A stretch of 64,000 nt of DNA, taken from NCBI GenBank assembly GCA_015680685.1, contig MNCI01002384.1, forward strand, positions 736,493-800,492, read 5' to 3'. The notes under the pieces are model-generated. The model was not told the DNA's origin. It did not search any database and saw only the letters and a program-made list of their open reading frames with translations. The stretch is from Gnetum montanum (Eukaryota; Plantae; Gnetophyta). Numbering within the stretch: the first letter of the stretch is position 1; each line of letters starts with the position of its first letter. This document shows, piece by piece, positions 38,161 to 50,870 of this stretch. The position numbers and the translations under genes were made by a program.

Positions 38161-39020
38161 TGATGAGTGGCGAGGTACCCCTATACTCAACCATACGAAT
38201 ACAAGTGTTTCATGCGCGATCCAGTTGAACTCCATAGACGAACTAGTTGTGGTATCTAGACAGTTACTCGTAGATCGCAGCTCGCTGTCTTCCCACCTAG
38301 ACTAGTATTAGCTTTGTCACGTATGGTTTAGTCTAGAGTGAGGTGTATGATGTGTTTCTAAACTAATGCTACTCTTGGGTATGATGGTAAATAATATTAA
38401 CTAAACTAGGAAAGAGAGAGAGAGGGTGAGAAAGAATCTAAACTAGCCTAAGTGCAATGAGCACCTATTCCTTAATCATCCATACACATCTTGGACCTCG
38501 TGCACGACTACCACTGGGATTACCAAGTGCATGGCCTAAGTACACTACTGGGCTACCAAGTAGTCACACTTAAATGCTCGTGATTAAGTCGTACTCATTC
38601 TGCATTACTAGGAGATAAGGGTGAAGACATATTAACTAAGAAAGCAGTAAATAGCAATTAAATAAATAAATAAGTAAGCTAAGTGGATGCTGTAATGATG
38701 AAGTAATCTCGATCTTTATTGTTGGTCATGTGCATGTCCAAGTATGTCACACTTGAATAAGGATGCTGTACAATTACAATCACCACACTGTGGGCATGCA
38801 CTAGGAGAGAAGGGTTGAGAGGAAAAACTAATGTACTAAAAACTTATTGAAAACTTAAACTTAATAAACTCTAAAACTACCTACCAGATCTGCCTACCTC
38901 TTATTTATAGATGAGGAGATAGGCTGCGATATCGCGTACGTGATATCGTGTCTAGGCTATGATATCGTGTACATGATATCATGGCTGCGATATCGTGGCC
39001 AACAAATTCATGACTCATCA
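38161..39020 (-). repeat. 3' LTR of an Athila-like Gypsy element (minus; body continues beyond 64000)
   Basis: Inverted termini TGATGAGT...ACTCATCA; preceded on minus by CTCGAGGATGAG...CATGGGGGTA PPT region (39021-39056); minus TATAAATA ~38902-38909. Confidence 0.78.
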
Positions 39021-39281
39021 TACCCCCATGACTAAATAAAAACTCATCCTCGAGTTAAAGTGAGAACAAGCTCTATTGATTACATAGTGGATAGGTATGG
39101 GATTATTGACTGGTGAGAATGGATTCATGCCACAGTATGGAATTAGAAAAAAATTGAGACACAACATGGGGAATGTGAAAGAAAATACTATAACTACAAA
39201 ATTGATGGAACTCATGTAGTTCTTGGTGGCAGTGGCTCCTCCATGGGTGCCTTTCCCTTGTCTTATGCTTCAGGTCTTGGT

Positions 39282-41097
39282 TGAAACACTCTAAAATTTC
39301 GAGACCCTCTTGCTTCACCAGGGTCTTAGAATCTAGGCAAGGGATTTTCGCAAGTGCAGCATCACAACAGTTTGGCAGGAAATAAATGCTCTGAGTTTAG
39401 ACTATCTAGTTCAGCAAATTTTCTACTTCCAGTGTTGACAGGCCCGACGGACTCTCCAGCCTACCCACCTGGACCATTCACTTAGCTAACAGCCTACTCA
39501 AAAACCATGTGTGGTGTTGTTGGTAGTGCTTAGGCTGCCCAAAATAGTTCGGCAAGTTTTTTAGCATAGCAAACCTCAAAAGACAATTGCTAAGATGATG
39601 AAGTACAAACTGTTGTAGAATAGATTGCTACGCTATGCTATGCTACACAACGTAGCACAGTGTAGCAAAAGGCAAGACAGAAAGGTCCAACTTACCTAGT
39701 GATTCCAATTCACTCAGCAAGAATTTTGGCCTTCAAAACCAGTTGCCTTGATTGACTTCAAGTCCTTTAGCAAGATCTCTTACTAGAAAGTGGCAGACTG
39801 AACAAAGAAGTAGGATTAGCTGGCTGCTATGCTATGCTACACTGTGTAGCGTAGCACAGTGTAGTGATAATGCAAGAGCAGCAAGAAAGGCTTCAAGTGC
39901 AAGTTCAGTAGGTTCAAAGCCTCCCCTTCACAAAAGGCAAAAGTTGTAGTTGTTAACATGGTAAAAAATTTAAACAAGTGTTTGTAACTTTAACACGAGT
40001 TGTAGATGAGGTTGTTGCTACGATATGCTACGCTACGTAGCGTAGCATAGTGTAGCAAGGATGAAAGTCAAACAAAGTGCTGTGAAAGTTACATCGATGT
40101 GCGCCAAAGTTTCTGGCAGATGTGGTTAACTTTAACACCAATTTCTTCTTCAAACTGGTGGCTACGCTATGCTATGCTGCATAGTGTAGCACAGCGTAGC
40201 AAGCTACTATGCTACAACAACATGCTATGCTACATTATGTAGCACAGCGTAGTAGGCAACTACGCTACTTCAGTGTGCATCATTCCTCATATGCATTGTT
40301 GGCATACTTGATTCTAGCATCTCTAGTTTTGACAGTGTAATTGCAGGGTGGTAGGCTTATCAATCAGCTTTGCATGTTCATGCAGCATGGACACGTCAAC
40401 ATCTTGCAGGTCCAGAACATGTGGCATTCAGGCTACATTTCTCGTGTGCTCCTAGCCCTATAAATACCCCAATGAGAAATGCTCAAAGGGTTAGCAAAAG
40501 AATTATTGGTTAGAAAAAATTAGTTAGCAAATTTGAGCAGGGTTGGCAACTCTGAGCATTGTTAGCATTTGTTGTTGACAAATTGGCAAAAATTAAAATG
40601 GTTGGCATTTTCACTCAGCATTCTATTAGCTCCTTTCCATTGTCTTTGTAGCACTTTGCATTGTTGGCTTTTGAGTCCATGTTCAAGAATATAGTTGGCC
40701 TTCTTTGAACACTCTGGTTACCTTTGGTATCTCTGTGCTTCCAAATGTTGCGCAACTGATTGTATCCACTTCAACAAAGTAAAGCCACGATCTTGAGGCT
40801 GTGCATTCCCTAACTCTTATTCACTTTAAATTCCTGCTCATTATTATTGCATTTTACATCATTTTTCTCTTTGTTGCATTTATTAATTTGTATATTACGT
40901 TACAAACATTGCTTCCACATTACACGTTTACGAAAGGTTAAGTGACACCGACTAAGTCCCTGTCTGATCGACTAAACCGTTTAGGGCACCCCATTTCTAT
41001 TTTTAATCTAGCACAACCCTCGCATAGATCCAAGGTTAAGACTGTTCACCTAATAACCTCTCAGTGTTTCCAGCCACTGACGTTTTCAGTCACTACA
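39282..41097 (+). repeat. 5' LTR of Tat element
   Basis: TGAAACACTC...TCACTACA; collinear with 60201-62042; CCTATAAATA ~40457. Confidence 0.93.
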
Positions 41098-41103
41098 GTT
41101 TTC

Positions 41104-41120
41104 TGGCACTAGAAGGAGGG
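41104..41120 (+). other. PBS, probably complementary to tRNA-Asn(GUU)
   Basis: TGGCACTAGAAGGAGGG (consensus TGGCGCTAGAAGGAGGG with CpG>CpA); tRNA identity from recalled plant tRNA-Asn 3' end. Confidence 0.72.
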
Positions 41121-41342
41121 CCTTTTGGTGTCTTTTCCATGTTTCATGGTAGTCTTGCATGCGTTCTATACTCCATCACACACTAGCATAAATGTGATAC
41201 CATCTTGCAGTTGTTTACGCATCGTGTGGTGTAGATTGGTCACTCTGACGATTCCTTTGGAATCTTGCAACACACAAAGCCTTTGATCGCCTTTTGATCT
41301 CCTTGTTTTCCTCATTTACAAACCCCTTTTAGCCTTAAGACA

Positions 41343-44300
41343 ATGATTTCCTTGAGCACAGTAGCTACTACCTTTAATGTTGAGGTTCCCCTCTTGGTTC
41401 AAGGCATCATAGGTGCCAAGAAACTGCCTAGCCCAGTGCTAAGGCCATGTCGGTCCCTAAGGATCCAAAATCAGGCACTTGAGGGCTTGAACCAACAATA
41501 CGAGCGATATAACTTTCTCTGTGCTAAGGTGCAGGCAAACCTACCCTTAGATACACAAGAACTTGAAGACAAACATAGCTTCAAGTTCACTTACTACAAT
41601 GGAAGGGAATTTTTTCCACTCCTAGCATTTCCATCCCTTTAATGCAAACAAACCAATGGCTCATAGATCATCTGATCCAAGTCATTAGGCCTGGGGAGCC
41701 ACGAGACACGGTGTTTCACCACGATGAGATGCTCCAAGATGGGCAGGAGGAACTGGATTCCCAATTTGAGGGTGGGGGTCAAACTAACCTTGCCACCATT
41801 CCTTCCACCCCATTTTGCTGGACAAACTTGCTCTCTACCGCTGCTCCCTTCATGATCATGTCTATGCTATCGCAACCCCCGATTACATTAGCAATGGGTA
41901 GCCATGTCATGTCCTCAGTGTATCAACACACCTACTCCCTTGTCTCATTCTTAGCCACTACCCTGTTGCAAACTATTCCCCAACCTATTCCCTCACTATA
42001 TCCCGCATCCGATATGGCTACCCTGCCATACGTTCACACTATACCTACCTCACAATTTCATGCATTTTCCACCTTCATCCCTGTGTCTACACCTGTCCCA
42101 CCATTAGTGGGCGGCCTAGGCCTATCCACATGGTGGACCCCATTTTCCTCTCCTCTTGTTTCACAACCATCACAAATGTATCACTACACTCGTCATCAAA
42201 CCTTCCAGGTCCCATATATGGTACAACTGAGTGCGGGACCATGGTCTATCCCACTGACCGCACAAACAGCTTACCCCATAGCACAACCAGTGGCTGCTAC
42301 TTCCATAGCACCACCTATTGAGTGGTGGATGGCACAAGCATCACATTTCATAGGGGCTGCCCCAAAACCATCGCCTATGGGTCATGTTGCTACCCCTGCC
42401 ACACCATAGATGGGAGCTGCCTCGATAGCTCCCCAACCGTCTACATCACAGGTCATGGAATTTTACCAGGATGATCCCATCATCCCAAAAGTCCCCACAC
42501 TGACTTTACCCCCCCACAATGCCACTCCTCCATTTCACAAAATACAATGGAGAAGGTGATCCCAACGCCCATCTTGTCACCTTCAGATATGAGTCTCTTC
42601 TTCTGCAACAATGGCCGCATACAATCATCCATGTCTTTGCTATGTATCTTATGGGGAAAGCCTTGGACTGGTACCGCATGCTTCCATGCTCCTCCATCTC
42701 AACCCTAGAGGAGCTCTTGACCCAGTTTGTAACGTGTTTCAAGTACAACTTGAGACCAGAAGTTACGTTGGATTAGCTAATGAGTGTGAAGCAAGATCCA
42801 CTAAAGCCAGTCCAGAAGTTCATCTAGTGGTGGAGTGCTACCCTTAATGAGATCTGCGAGCCCATCGTGGAAGCCCATTTGCTAGCAGTCTTTAAGGGTG
42901 CAATGAACAACTTCATCAAGTCCAAATTGTACTACCTCGCTCCCCAGACTCTTAGTCAGGCTTTTGTCCAAACAAAGAGCATATAAGATGTGGCTGAGGT
43001 AAGCAAAGACCTAGCTTATGTTGCATACAAGAACACATTTGCAAAGAAGGACAAGGGCAAGCCTGCAACAACCATAATGGCCGCTGTGGCGAATGAAGCC
43101 AAGCCCAACAACAACAATAAGAATAATAAGAAGGTAGCTGCATCAGCACCTAATGTCACACCCAAACAGGGCAATGCACCTCAATCATCCGCATCTACAT
43201 CAGAAGCATCCGCACCCACTAAGCCAAACTTTGAGAGTAAAGATTGCTCCAAGTATACCCCACTGCCCGTTAAGCCTTTAGAACTCCTGAAGCAATTATT
43301 GGCGGTGGGGTACATCTAACACAAGTGGATGTCAGAGGAGGGAATTAAAAAATATCAATGATATTGTGAACTTCGTAGGAACCCCTCCTTGGCCTTGCCC
43401 AATGAGTTGCCAGTTCCTAAGAATTTTAGACTGGAGTGGTTCTATGACTACCATCAAAAGTGTGGTCACAACATGGATTACCGCATGGTGTTAAAAGATG
43501 ACATCCAAAGAATGATTGATCAAGGAAAACTAGTCCTCGATGAGAGTAACCTAGTACACCTTGAAAATCAATCTCTACATGTTTACATGGATCCTCTTAA
43601 TGCCAACAACACCGGTTACATCATCAACACCATTGGCATTGACAATAATCCTGAACTGCCCTAGTAGCTGTTTATGATCCCTGTGCCTCAACGTAGCGCA
43701 CTAGTGCTACCAGTGGCTAGATAAATCCCACAGCAACCATTTGTCCTAAGAGTTCCTACTTGGACATCCACCCCTACACGGCCTATTAGCAAGATTGCAC
43801 CACTGCCATGCCCATTAACATCATTAACACCATTTTTCATCAAGGGGCCAAGTCATTCAACTACCCTAGCCCTGCATAAAACAACACCATAGCTTTCTCA
43901 TCCAAAAAAATGAGAAGAACATTTGACAGGCAAGGAATCAATGGAATGTATTGCTCTAGGTACTTCTAAACCTATGTCCTTTCCCTTTGCATCTATGTCC
44001 CCGTTGCCGAAAGATGACGTTGCTACACATGCATGGTCATCGCCACCTCACCTAAAACGGTCTAATCCCAGGCCCGCATAAAAAAGCACCACAACCTTCT
44101 TGTCCAAAGAAATGAGAAGAACATTTGATAGGCGAGGCATCAACAAAACATACTACTCAAGGTACTTCTAAACCTACGCCCTTGCCCTCTGCATCTATGT
44201 CCTCGTTGTCAAAAGATGACATTGCTACATGTGCACAGTCATCGCCACCTCACCCAAAAGGGTTTGATCCCAGGCCCGAAACTATCCCTCCTCGCAAAAT

Positions 44301-45141
44301 TCACCTCTTGGGATGAATGGAAGAGGAGAAAAGCAGTAAATAGGAAGGTGGCCTTGACCTGTTGAATGCTCTCACCTAGGTCAAGTAGGCTCTAAAATAG
44401 AAAAACATAATGATGAGCCTGTATGACTTGATTATGACTTCTACCGTGCACCGTGAGGCTCTAGTTCACATGTTAACGTCAATATCAGTTGATGAGAACA
44501 TGCCAGCAGAAGAAAAAGCAATCTACTCAGTGATGCTTCCTTCTACTCTTGTAGAACCAAAGCTGTCCCAACTAACTTTTTGCTATGATTCCATTAGAGA
44601 AGACCCTGAAAAGGGTCAGGCAACTACAACACCCCTCTTCATCACAATTTTGGTTGGTCAACATAAGATCCAAAGGGTACACATCGATGATGGGGTTGCT
44701 ACCAATGTCATCCCATTCCCTATTGTGGATAAGTTGGATTTGGTCAACCAGATCAGACCCACGACAACGTCATGCTTAAATTTGTTTGACGAAGCATGGG
44801 TCATGGTGAAAGGCATGGTCCACATTGACTTTGTGGTAAGGGACCAGTTCCCCATGAATGCAACATTCATCATGGTGGAAGAGATTCCCGGGTTTAACCT
44901 AATCTTAGGGAGGTCATGGTTAGCACAACTTAGGGTAGTCTCTTCACCCATACATCATGAGATTCATCTACCCTATGCAGGCAGGGAGGTGGTAATCCAT
45001 GGCGATGAGGTAGCAACTCAAGCTATAAATAATGTGGACATGGAGCAGGGTTTACAGGTTATCACCTCTGAGAATGAGACACTTGTCTCTGTCAACGCTC
45101 ACTACTTAGTAAAGGAGCCGGCCCAACATGTTGGCTCATAA
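41343..45141 (+). pseudogene. Tat gag-protease pseudogene
   Basis: FTKYNGEGDPNAHL..LMGKALDWY (Retrotrans_gag), YHQKCGH..LKDDIQRMID, VHIDDGVATNVI..FNLILGRSWL (aspartic protease). Confidence 0.9.
43879..44278. repeat. ~202-bp tandem duplication between gag and protease
   Basis: atgagaagaacatttga at 43910 and 44112; cccaggcccg ends both units. Confidence 0.88.
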
Positions 45142-45361
45142 AATGAAAATGCATGTGCTGAGTTGCCCTTCCAAGTGGAGGACAATGATACAAATGAATG
45201 CCCTGGCAGAGCGTCTTGTCCTTACGCCTTGCCCAATCCACGATGGGTCAGGAAGAAGCTACGCATAGCGTAGCAACCTCACCACTCCCTGCCCAGTTGA
45301 CATCCTTTATGCATTTATCACCTTTTTGTTTTACATCCATCCATCTATGCTAGGTACACCC

Positions 45362-45466
45362 CATGGCCCGAAATGGCCTAAAACTATGCATGGCCCGAAA
45401 TGACTTAAAACTATGCATGGCCTGAAATGGCCTAAAACGAGTGACAGCCCGAAATGGCCTAAAACT
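45362..45466. repeat. 4 x ~27-bp tandem repeat (ATGGCCCGAAATGGCCTAAAACT)
   Basis: Directly visible. Confidence 0.85.
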
Positions 45467-45619
45467 AAGACACATCAAAATAAAAACAAAATATAAAAAT
45501 AAATCATGTAGAGAACGTGTAAAAAAATAACACTGATCTTGCCAAGATTCATTTTTTTTCATTCAAAATTTCACTTAAACAATATTTTCAATATTTTTGC
45601 AAAAAACAAAAAAATCAAG

Positions 45620-48600
45620 AGCCTTGCAGTCATGCATTATCTTCCCCTTCATCATTTCCATCCGCATCACCTTCTTCTGCTACATTATCATTTTTTCCCT
45701 CTAGGGGCCCTGCTTCTTCATCTGGAACTTGCATCATAGAAATAAAGTAGTTAGCTAGAGTTACACGTAAAAGATAGAAAACATAAACTATTGCATTGTG
45801 GAAAGTGACTAACCCAAGATGGCCCTGTGTTTGTCTCGAAGGGTATGTGGTTTAGTCCAAACCTGAGGTGGTGCCAGACCTCCTCCTCCATGATATCTGC
45901 CCAATGCCTATCACTTAGTTCAGCGTTTGCAATAGCTTTATCCTTTTCAATGGCCGTCCACCTTGGTGGTCTTGGAGAAAAGGAAGCAGTGGTGGTCTCA
46001 CTTGTGGGAAGGTTCACTTCTCGCTTAGGTGACTCAGTGACTGTCACTTGCTACATAAACTTGTTGTAGGCCTTAGAAGCACCAATAGCATCCAGGAATG
46101 CTTCATGAGTGAACAATTTCACTGAAGTATCCGGATATTGTTTACGATATGTGGCACGTTCCAATTTATACATGTGCTTATGATTCTTCTGGGATTGCCC
46201 CCACTCGTAAACTTTGGTGCTATAGTCTTTCTAGTCTTGGTTCTTCTGAGCCAACAACTCCATCTGCATCTGCTTTTCTATTATCTCCCAAGTGGCCTCA
46301 TTATTGTGTCGCACAACCATCCAATATCTGGCATAGTCTATGATAGTTGTGTGCCAATTACCATCATTGTTATCATGGTCTAGGAGGAACTCATTCCTAG
46401 AAAAGAGGTCTCCCACCTCGACGGTCAGATTGGCTATCTCCCTCTCTTGCCTTTGGACCTGCTTCCATAAGTCTTCGTTCACACCCCTACACTCCTATAG
46501 GGAGTGTGTCGAGTGTAATGCACACTTGCTAGCCTCATCATATATGTGATGAGGAACCTTAGTTACTTCAGGTGGGAATGTAGGCATGACTTCCACCTTT
46601 ACCACTTGTTTCGGGTCCCACTTGAGGTGAGAGACTGTTATCACACATAGAAGCACATCAGTCACATTAGCGTAGCAAAGTTTGGTAATTCAGGAAGTCT
46701 AGCATAGCAAGTTAAAAGCCTAGAATAGACACTCTACTTACCCACTTCTGGATTGACTTGTTTGAGATGGCTAATCATGTCATCGACAACCCCTTACATG
46801 AACATAAGCTTGTTAGGGGTCTTGGTCCATGGTTTCAGCCGGATTAGGGGAGGTCCTGCAGTGTTAGCGGTGGTGTCTGCCATATAACCAAATGCGTCAG
46901 CCATGACCGAGATGGACTACAATGAAGTTGATGAGAAACACAAATGACAGTGCAAAGGCTCCTACCCAACAAACCCTCAGGGGTGATAACGGGAAGGGGG
47001 GGGGGATAGTGTTGCCCATCAACATACTGTCAAAAATACGGTCAAACTCACTAGATTCTAGTTGTAGATCCCCTCCTTGCTAGCTTAAAACTATGATGGC
47101 ACCCTTTTCATTCATTTGTTCATCTAATGCTGAATTGAATTCAGCGAAAGGATCATCAACAGAGGTTTCTTCCTCGTTGATGTGGGCTTCCTCTCATTCA
47201 CTGGAGCCTTTCTTTTTAAGGCACCATCATCCTCCTCATCATTAGGGGAATCCTCCTCATCAGTAGGAGCTTTTTCTTTATCGATGAGAGCCCCTTCCTT
47301 TGTGGTAGGGATTTCTTCCCTCTTGACCAGGGCCCTTTCCTCTATGACCGGGGCCCCCACATCTTTATTAGCCATCCCCGTTTTGGGGGCCGACATCTCT
47401 TCATCACCTACTTCTTCTTCATCTTCTTCCTATGATAGAAAAGAAAGTTCGCATTAGGCTTAGCATATTAACCTAAAATCAATGCTATGCTATGCTACAC
47501 TCCTTAGCGTAGCACAACATAGCAAGTATTAACCAAGTTAGCGAAGAAACAAGCATAAAAACAAAAAAAACATTTACCAATGGGAGGCTGCACTCTACGC
47601 AGCTTGAATTGCAATGTCCATCCCTCTTCTTCTTCTGTATGGGGAAGATCCTTAGCTAGATGAGGCCTCTTTTGCCACAACTTGGTGGCCACCGTTTCCA
47701 CGATAAGGCATTTCCCCTGTGATACTCTATTGGTAGTAGCAAGGGGCACCTCTCCCACGCTATCCTAGCCACAGAAGTTGCAGGCCACCCGATCCTTAGT
47801 CGTCATGAAAAATGACTCCCCAATTGCTTCTAGGGGATCTTGGGCTTAGGTGGTCTGGAAGACTTGGTAGATCCATGGTTTGGAAATCTGGTTGTGATCT
47901 TGCATAACCCAGACTTTGTTCTCATAGACCACCAAGAATTCTGTGAAACGCCGCAAGTAAGCTATGTAAAAAGCATGATGCATGTTGAAATGCGACTCAT
48001 CTTCTTATGAAGCTTGATCATTTCAGTTTGAAGGCCTTTGCAGAGATGCCTAGCCCAGTTGTAATGGGTCCCCTCTTCCATGACCTCCCTCATCACCCAG
48101 GCTTGCTCAATCCCAATGATTTTTCCTTGGGAAAGTAGTTGGGGGAAAGCACAGGCATAGAAGATGAGATAAATGTCTTTGGATACTCTTGACTTTGCCT
48201 TTGTCATGAGGATCCCCTTTCTCCCCTTTGCCACTCCTAGCCACTCCTCAATGTTCTTCTGATGGTTTTCCTTCTTTTTGGATTTTGCTATTATGGGAAG
48301 TCTATTAACAGGGACACCAAAGAGGTCCACGAATAGTTGGTCATTGATTTCAAGGACCACTTGCACACCATGCACATGTGTGCAGAAGCAGTCTATCTTT
48401 TCAGAAAATGAGTTAGCTAGGGACAACATCTCAGTGGTAGGGGTGCTTAGGTTCATGGCCAAGAACAAGTCCATGAGTCCAGCGTTCTTAAGGTATTGGG
48501 TTAGCGAGTCCGAGGCCCCATTGCAAAGCCAATGTTAAGTCTCATCTACCTCCCCGTACTTGAAGTAGATGTTGGCTTCATGATGCTCAGAGTTGATCAC

Positions 48601-50280
48601 CATCACCTCCTTAGACTTGTTCACTGTTGTGGTAATTTTCACACACACAAAAAGAAAAAAAATATACAAAAACTCAGATAAGTAGAAAATAGCATAAAAA
48701 TAGGATCGACACTCGAACATGCAAAAAATCCACTATTTAGCTTACCGGGTTTAAACGGTGATGGAAATGGCAGAAGATCCACTAATACATCTTCAACAGT
48801 GATCGATTTGAAGGTTTTCCAACCATCATCCAACCAACCAAACTCCTTACATTTTTTGTAAAGCTGGGAGTACCAGGTTGGGTAAGTTTTGTATTCACCC
48901 CTACATTGGCCTATCACACCTGCATGCATATGATAAGCAGAAGAAAACTCCCACAGCACCATCCGTGCTAAGGCCAATGCATCCGTGTCACCATGAAGTC
49001 CATCCTTGTTGATAAAAAACTTGGTAACAAAAACATATTGTTAACATTTCCCTAGCGTAGCAAGTATTGCATAGTGTAGCAGAATATGTTCACAAAACTC
49101 ATCCACCGACACAATAAATGGTTCTTGGTGGGTTTTGAAAATAGGTTTCCATGTGGCGTGCAATAAACAAAGTGTTGTACGAATGGTAGCAATTATATTT
49201 GGGCATCTTCCAAATCCAAGCCAGATTCCTCGAATTTTTTGGACACTGACTGGATCCTTCTCCCTGCCCCCTTCTAATTGCTCCATCTGTCAAAAATCTC
49301 AAAATACCCCAATTTTCCGTCGGCAATAGGGTTTCTGTCACAACGGTCACTACTTCCTCTGACAAGTGTGACCAAACGATCACACTGAAGTGCTGGAGGA
49401 GAAATTGCAAGAAGTCGCGTGCCCCTTCCTAGAACCAGACTGCCTACTGCCCCACACATGCATGGGATGAAGGAATGTTGGCCACCAGTTCTCTTAGGTA
49501 GCACATGACCCCTACAATTTCTAGAATAATCAAGATCGGCCTTAGCACCATCCTGCATGACACAACAACAAATGTTAGCATCATGTTCAAGTGGGATTCA
49601 CATACAACATAGCAGAGTTAGCAGTTAGCAGATAGCATAGCACAATTCTCTCTATGCATGTAGTGTAGAAAAAACATGAAGGCAATAGTGTAGTAGAATT
49701 AACCTAGCGTAGCAACAAAAAGATAAACACACATCTTTTGACAAGAAAGAATTCAATGTGCTACACTAGTTTCAACAAATCTTCTGCTTGACAACACGAT
49801 TTGCAATACCTCGTGGTAGACACGTGTTACGCTGTCTAATCACACACATGGCCAAACCATCCTGAGGGTAGTATGCTACGCTATTCGCATACGGAGTTTC
49901 TAAAATCACCTAAGCTTCTACGGCAAGTCAGCTGTAGTGATGGCAGTTTAGACAACATTGCATGCAACCCCAGCATAGTGCCCGTACACCCGTCACAGAC
50001 AAATCGGTAACAGCGATGGTGTAATGGCCAAAATAGCAATAAAACGATGATAGAAAGACATAGATTGCATGAAAAAATTTGCAAAAAACAAAAAAAGAAA
50101 AATCAGAAGCAATAATCACAACATAGAAAGAACAAAGGGAGAAATAGCATAGCAACTTATCAAGTTGATTGGGTCTCCTCTCACATAGGAACACGCACCT
50201 ACATCACATGCCCCAGGGTCCTTTACTTCGTCCACCTTGACAAGTGCTAGGTGTTTGCATTCTTTCCCGAGAGCCATCAT
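45620..50280 (-). pseudogene. Antisense multi-exon accessory gene within Tat pol: Cys-rich N-terminus + FCP1/NIF HAD-phosphatase-like domain + plant-mobile-domain-like region + acidic/coiled-coil tail
   Basis: TATA 50411-50419, ATG 50280; exons ~50280-50161, 49931-49735, 49552-~49100, 49019-48746, 48623-47579, ~47431-47100, ~46916-46742, ~46634-45814; several junctions in phase; in-frame stops present. Confidence 0.65.
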
Positions 50281-50410
50281 TTTGGCACTAATTCTTTCTT
50301 GCTTGCTACGCTGAATTGCCTTGCTCTTAGTTAGCACAATCACTCTACACTTGAAATGAAATCTCTGCACTATTATGGTGAAAATGACAAGTTTACCGGG
50401 GGTAAACCCC

Positions 50411-50419
50411 TATTTATAG
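50411..50419 (-). promoter_or_regulatory. TATA box for the antisense gene
   Basis: Minus CTATAAATAGGGG ~130 bp upstream of ATG 50280. Confidence 0.6.
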
Positions 50420-50589
50420 CTGAAAGTGGTGAAACAAAACCTGCCATTTTCTTATCCTAATTAATGAGGGGTGTTCTGTACAGCATAGCATTCCCCCATA
50501 GCGTAGTAGCATTGTTTGCATTATGGTAGGTGGGCCCAATAGAAAACTTCAACCCACCTTAGACTAACCATTTGCCTTCGCAATTATAG

Positions 50590-50870
50590 CAAGTTAGTGG
50601 TTTGCAAAGACCTTAAACTAGCAATTCTAACAAGTTAGCGGTCTACAAAGACCTTAAACTAGTAGTTCTAACATGTAGCTTTGATCTCGTTAGCGATCTG
50701 TGAAGACCTTAAACTAATACTTTGTATTTTTGCTAAGTGGCTTGCTAGCAGTCCGCAAAGACCTTAAACTAATACTTCAAATTTAACCCGTCAGTGGTCC
50801 ACAAAGACCTTAAACTAGCAGCTTTACTTTTTTTGCACCCAGGCAGTTTGCTATGACTTTAAACTAGCAG
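50590..50870. repeat. Tandem array of GTCYRCAAAGACCTTAAACTA units
   Basis: About six copies; same core as 58.6-58.8 kb. Confidence 0.85.

Noticed and set aside
41104-41120. tRNA gene
   Set aside because: Only a 17-nt complement of a tRNA 3' end (PBS); no cloverleaf
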